From Pseudobdellovibrionaceae bacterium (GTDB lineage Bacteria > Bdellovibrionota > Bdellovibrionia > Bdellovibrionales > Bdellovibrionaceae): a stretch of 39,688 nucleotides of DNA. Below the pieces are notes generated by a model. The model was not told the DNA's origin. It ran no database searches and was given only the letters and a program-made list of their open reading frames with translations. The position numbers were made by a program, and so were the translations under genes. The stretch covers positions 1-39,688 of the forward strand of contig CANBND010000001.1 in the NCBI GenBank assembly GCA_947370945.1, given 5' to 3'. Positions within the stretch are counted from its first letter, which is position 1; each line of letters opens with the position of its first letter. Of the stretch, positions 37,050 to 39,688 are shown piece after piece.

Positions 37050-37610
37050 ATGCGTGAAGTTAACCCAAATCATAATTCAAACAATTCTGATTCAAAAATC
37101 GATTTTAAAAACCTGATTGAATTTTTAATCGCATTTGTGAAAAACCCCATCGAACACATTGCAAAAATTCCTGATTGGAATTGGGCTTCAATATTTTTTG
37201 TACAAATCATGATTGCCCTTTGTTCTGGTGTACTGGCTGGATTAATTAAATTAAATATTTACCGAATGGCTGCGGGTGTATTCATAATGCCGTTTGTGTC
37301 GACCATCACATCGTTATTAATGGCCACATTTTTTTATTATTATTTACAATTTTTTGAAAACAGGACTGAAAATTTCAGAAAATTATTTACGTTCGTCATT
37401 TTATCATCGATTCCATTTTATGTGTTTCAAATTGTTTCAGAATATTTTGCACCAATTACGTTGATTGGATTTGGTTTTTCATTTCTATTAGCCATCGTTG
37501 GTTTAAATGAAAACTTTAAAGTTGAAAAAAAACGCTGTTATCAATTGATTGGTTTATTATTTGTTTTAGTGCTGGTGACTTGGATTACGAACCGATATTC
37601 GTCGAATTAA
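37050..37610 (+). CDS. Yip1-family multi-pass membrane protein
   Basis: FVKNP start motif, about five TM helices, ENFRKLF...SSIP pattern. Confidence 0.7.
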   Translation: MREVNPNHNSNNSDSKIDFKNLIEFLIAFVKNPIEHIAKIPDWNWASIFFVQIMIALCSGVLAGLIKLNIYRMAAGVFIMPFVSTITSLLMATFFYYYLQFFENRTENFRKLFTFVILSSIPFYVFQIVSEYFAPITLIGFGFSFLLAIVGLNENFKVEKKRCYQLIGLLFVLVLVTWITNRYSSN

Positions 37611-37627
37611 GAATAGAATAAGCGCCC

Positions 37628-37656
37628 TTTACTTTTGTACTACAACGTGGTACAAT
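37628..37656 (+). promoter_or_regulatory. brnTA promoter with operator palindrome
   Basis: TTTACT-17-TACAAT with extended TG. Inverted repeat TTGTACTAC-AAC-GTGGTACAA at 37635-37655. Confidence 0.65.
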
Positions 37657-37662
37657 TTTTTC

Positions 37663-37938
37663 ATGCGATATACATGGGACACGACCAAAGAAAAAACTAA
37701 TCTTAAAAAACATGGCATTTCGTTTTCTGAGGCTAAAGAAGCTATTGAATGTTCCAGTGTCATCGTTTTAAAAGAAGATACTGATTCTGGCGAAGAACGC
37801 TATGTTTATCTAGGCATGTGCAAAAAACTGAATGTTTTAGTCGTTGTTGTTGCCTATCCAGACGAAAATCAAACTCGAATAATCTCAGCTCGAAAAGCCA
37901 ATAAAAAAGAAAGGTCAATTTATGAAAAGCAATTATGA
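37663..37938 (+). CDS. brnT: BrnT-family ribonuclease toxin
   Basis: WD..KEKTNLKKHGISF.EA, GEERY..LG, RIISARKANKKER. Confidence 0.93.
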   Translation: MRYTWDTTKEKTNLKKHGISFSEAKEAIECSSVIVLKEDTDSGEERYVYLGMCKKLNVLVVVVAYPDENQTRIISARKANKKERSIYEKQL

Positions 37939-38194
37939 TTTCACAAAGGGCGCCCTTATTAAAGGCCGCATTAAATCCAAATCACATGTTGATTCAGCTC
38001 TGCGCGAACAAAAAATTCTAACTTCAATCAGATTAGACAACGAAGTTATTGAAGCCGTAAAGAAAAAAGCTCGTGCCGAGGGCGTTGGTTATTTAACTTG
38101 GATTAACAAAAAATTACGTTCCGTAGTTCTTGGCGAAGACAGTATTTTGGACCGTATAGAAAAACTTGAAAAAACTGTTTTTAAAAAAGCATAG
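37922..38194 (+). CDS. brnA: BrnA/CopG-like antitoxin
   Basis: MKSNYDFTKG, TSIRLDNEVI, GVGYLTWINKKLR ribbon-helix-helix; overlaps brnT. Confidence 0.85.
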   Translation: MKSNYDFTKGALIKGRIKSKSHVDSALREQKILTSIRLDNEVIEAVKKKARAEGVGYLTWINKKLRSVVLGEDSILDRIEKLEKTVFKKA

Positions 38195-38238
38195 CGATTG
38201 CTTTTATATCCAAAACATGATCTTATTTTAAGAGTAGC

Positions 38239-39354
38239 TTAACCCAGCGTTTTTTTATTCAATTCAAAACGCTTTTGCGATAATTCCTGTAATGTTTTCG
38301 CCAAAAATAAATTTTTCGCTAATAACTGATAAAATTTTTGTAAACTGATGTGCATTAGTACCGAATCTTTGTCTGCGATGATTGTTGCTGTACGTTTACC
38401 TTGATTTTGAAATAACGACATTTCACCGATCATTTGACCTTGTGAAATTTTTGCGACGATTTTATTTTTAATTTGCACACTGAACTGTCCCTGCACAACA
38501 ATATAAGCGCCGTTTGTAACATCGTTTTCAGAACATAAAATCTGATTCATCGAAATTTTAACAATATCACCGCCAAACGTTAACTCATCGATTGAATCTG
38601 TCGGAATATTTTTAAAAATTTCTGAATTTAATAAAGCCTGTTGAATCCAAAATCTGTGGACCAAATGTTGCGCTTTATCTGAGTTCAAATATTTATCCAT
38701 AAACGCAGAATTTCCAGTGATTCTTAAAACTTTCGATTGCTTAACGGCAACGATATCTGCCGTTCGTGGCACACCTAAGAAAAAACCCATTTCACCAAAT
38801 ACAGTATTGGGTTTTAATAAACTGATAAATTTTTTAGTCTGCGTGCCTTGGCCATAAATAGCGGCCTCGCCACTGAGTAAAATAAAAAGATATCTTGAAA
38901 ATGGATCGCCTTTTTCGCAAATCAGCGCATCCGCTGGAAAATCTAAAATATCAGATTCTTTCAGCAAAGTCATTGCGACCTCTGAATCTAATGACCGCAA
39001 GAATGGCAGCTTAATTAATTCTTTAAGGTCTTTTTTTGGATCAATCGTAGATTTTAAATTTGAAGTCATTTGTTGCTTTTGCAGATTCTGATTTGTGCTT
39101 TGAATTTCTGTAAAGTGATCATAAAAATTCTTATTTGAAATTAACCTCATATAAACAATTTTCTGAATTAAATCATACAAGTGAACAAAGTTAACCAACC
39201 AACCATTTTTTAAACCATTCAAAATCAATTCTTGAATCGTAGATTTACTTTCAAGCTGCGCTAAATATTGAATCTGCAATTCACTCAACGCAGCCTTTAG
39301 CTGAGTTGGTCTTTGTGATAAAATAAATTCAAGTGGCTCGTGTTCGATTTGCAT
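38239..39354 (-). CDS. Tandem cyclic-nucleotide-binding domain protein
   Basis: Two phosphate-binding cassettes: FGEMGFFLGVPRTADIVA and IGEMSLFQNQGKRTATIIA. Confidence 0.88.
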   Translation of the reverse strand: MQIEHEPLEFILSQRPTQLKAALSELQIQYLAQLESKSTIQELILNGLKNGWLVNFVHLYDLIQKIVYMRLISNKNFYDHFTEIQSTNQNLQKQQMTSNLKSTIDPKKDLKELIKLPFLRSLDSEVAMTLLKESDILDFPADALICEKGDPFSRYLFILLSGEAAIYGQGTQTKKFISLLKPNTVFGEMGFFLGVPRTADIVAVKQSKVLRITGNSAFMDKYLNSDKAQHLVHRFWIQQALLNSEIFKNIPTDSIDELTFGGDIVKISMNQILCSENDVTNGAYIVVQGQFSVQIKNKIVAKISQGQMIGEMSLFQNQGKRTATIIADKDSVLMHISLQKFYQLLAKNLFLAKTLQELSQKRFELNKKTLG

Positions 39355-39467
39355 TTCGTATTATAGTATATCATCATTTAAGACTTTTGCATCAGAACAT
39401 CTGGACCTTGGTTGCGTAATTTAAATAAAAATTACATATTACCTAATAGTGCACTAATATCGATTTA

Positions 39468-39688
39468 ATGAAAATAGCATCAATCTTGATTACAGCATTT
39501 AATTTTTTTTCATTTCTGCTATCTGTACTTAATGTCTTTAAAAAAATGCAGGATATCAATAAATTTAAACAAATTTCACTCAAAATTTTGAGCTTATCAA
39601 CATGGGTCACAATTTTGTTTTACATGACAAATACATTACCGAATCTGTACATGGACACTGTTAATTTTTTTACACAAACATTATTATT
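39468..39688 (+). CDS. Membrane protein, 5' part (runs off the window end)
   Basis: Manual translation, open to the end: MKIASILITAFNFFSFLLSVLNVFKKMQDINKFKQISLKILSLSTWVTILFYMTNTLPNLYMDTVNFFTQTLL, with hydrophobic helices. Confidence 0.55.
   Translation, partial: MKIASILITAFNFFSFLLSVLNVFKKMQDINKFKQISLKILSLSTWVTILFYMTNTLPNLYMDTVNFFTQTLL

Overview
AT-rich bacterial chromosomal window. Gene content and protein style suggest a Bdellovibrionota (Bdellovibrio/Pseudobdellovibrio-like) predator; this taxonomy is inferred, not searched. The centre is a complete type II secretion operon gspC-D-E-F-G-H-I-J-K-L-M-N (9326-22735, no gspO or pilotin in the window) followed by ssb. The left side holds tRNA/RNA-modification and envelope genes: partial deoxyhypusine synthase-like gene, tcdA, tatD, dedA, an RluA-family synthase, a beta-barrel and a lipoprotein nuclease. 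The right side holds a cluster of exported unknowns including an HExxHxxGxxH metalloprotease, the minus-strand run SH3-barrel/mutL/miaA/yicC/gmk/rpoZ/spoT, two toxin-antitoxin modules (mazEF, brnTA), a Yip1 protein and a tandem cNMP-binding protein. The most striking observation is a 227-aa membrane-anchored helical protein (26667-27350). Its anchor carries 12 residues identical to the transmembrane helix of the major pseudopilin GspG (IMGLLAFIGPKI), with 8 synonymous and 0 non-synonymous differences. It lies just upstream of the secreted metalloprotease and behind a 55-bp near-perfect palindrome. Also notable are a miniature catalytically dead FabD-like protein divergent from gspC, a pseudo-lipase, and a structured ssb leader. 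No rRNA, tRNA, CRISPR array or transposase was recognised.
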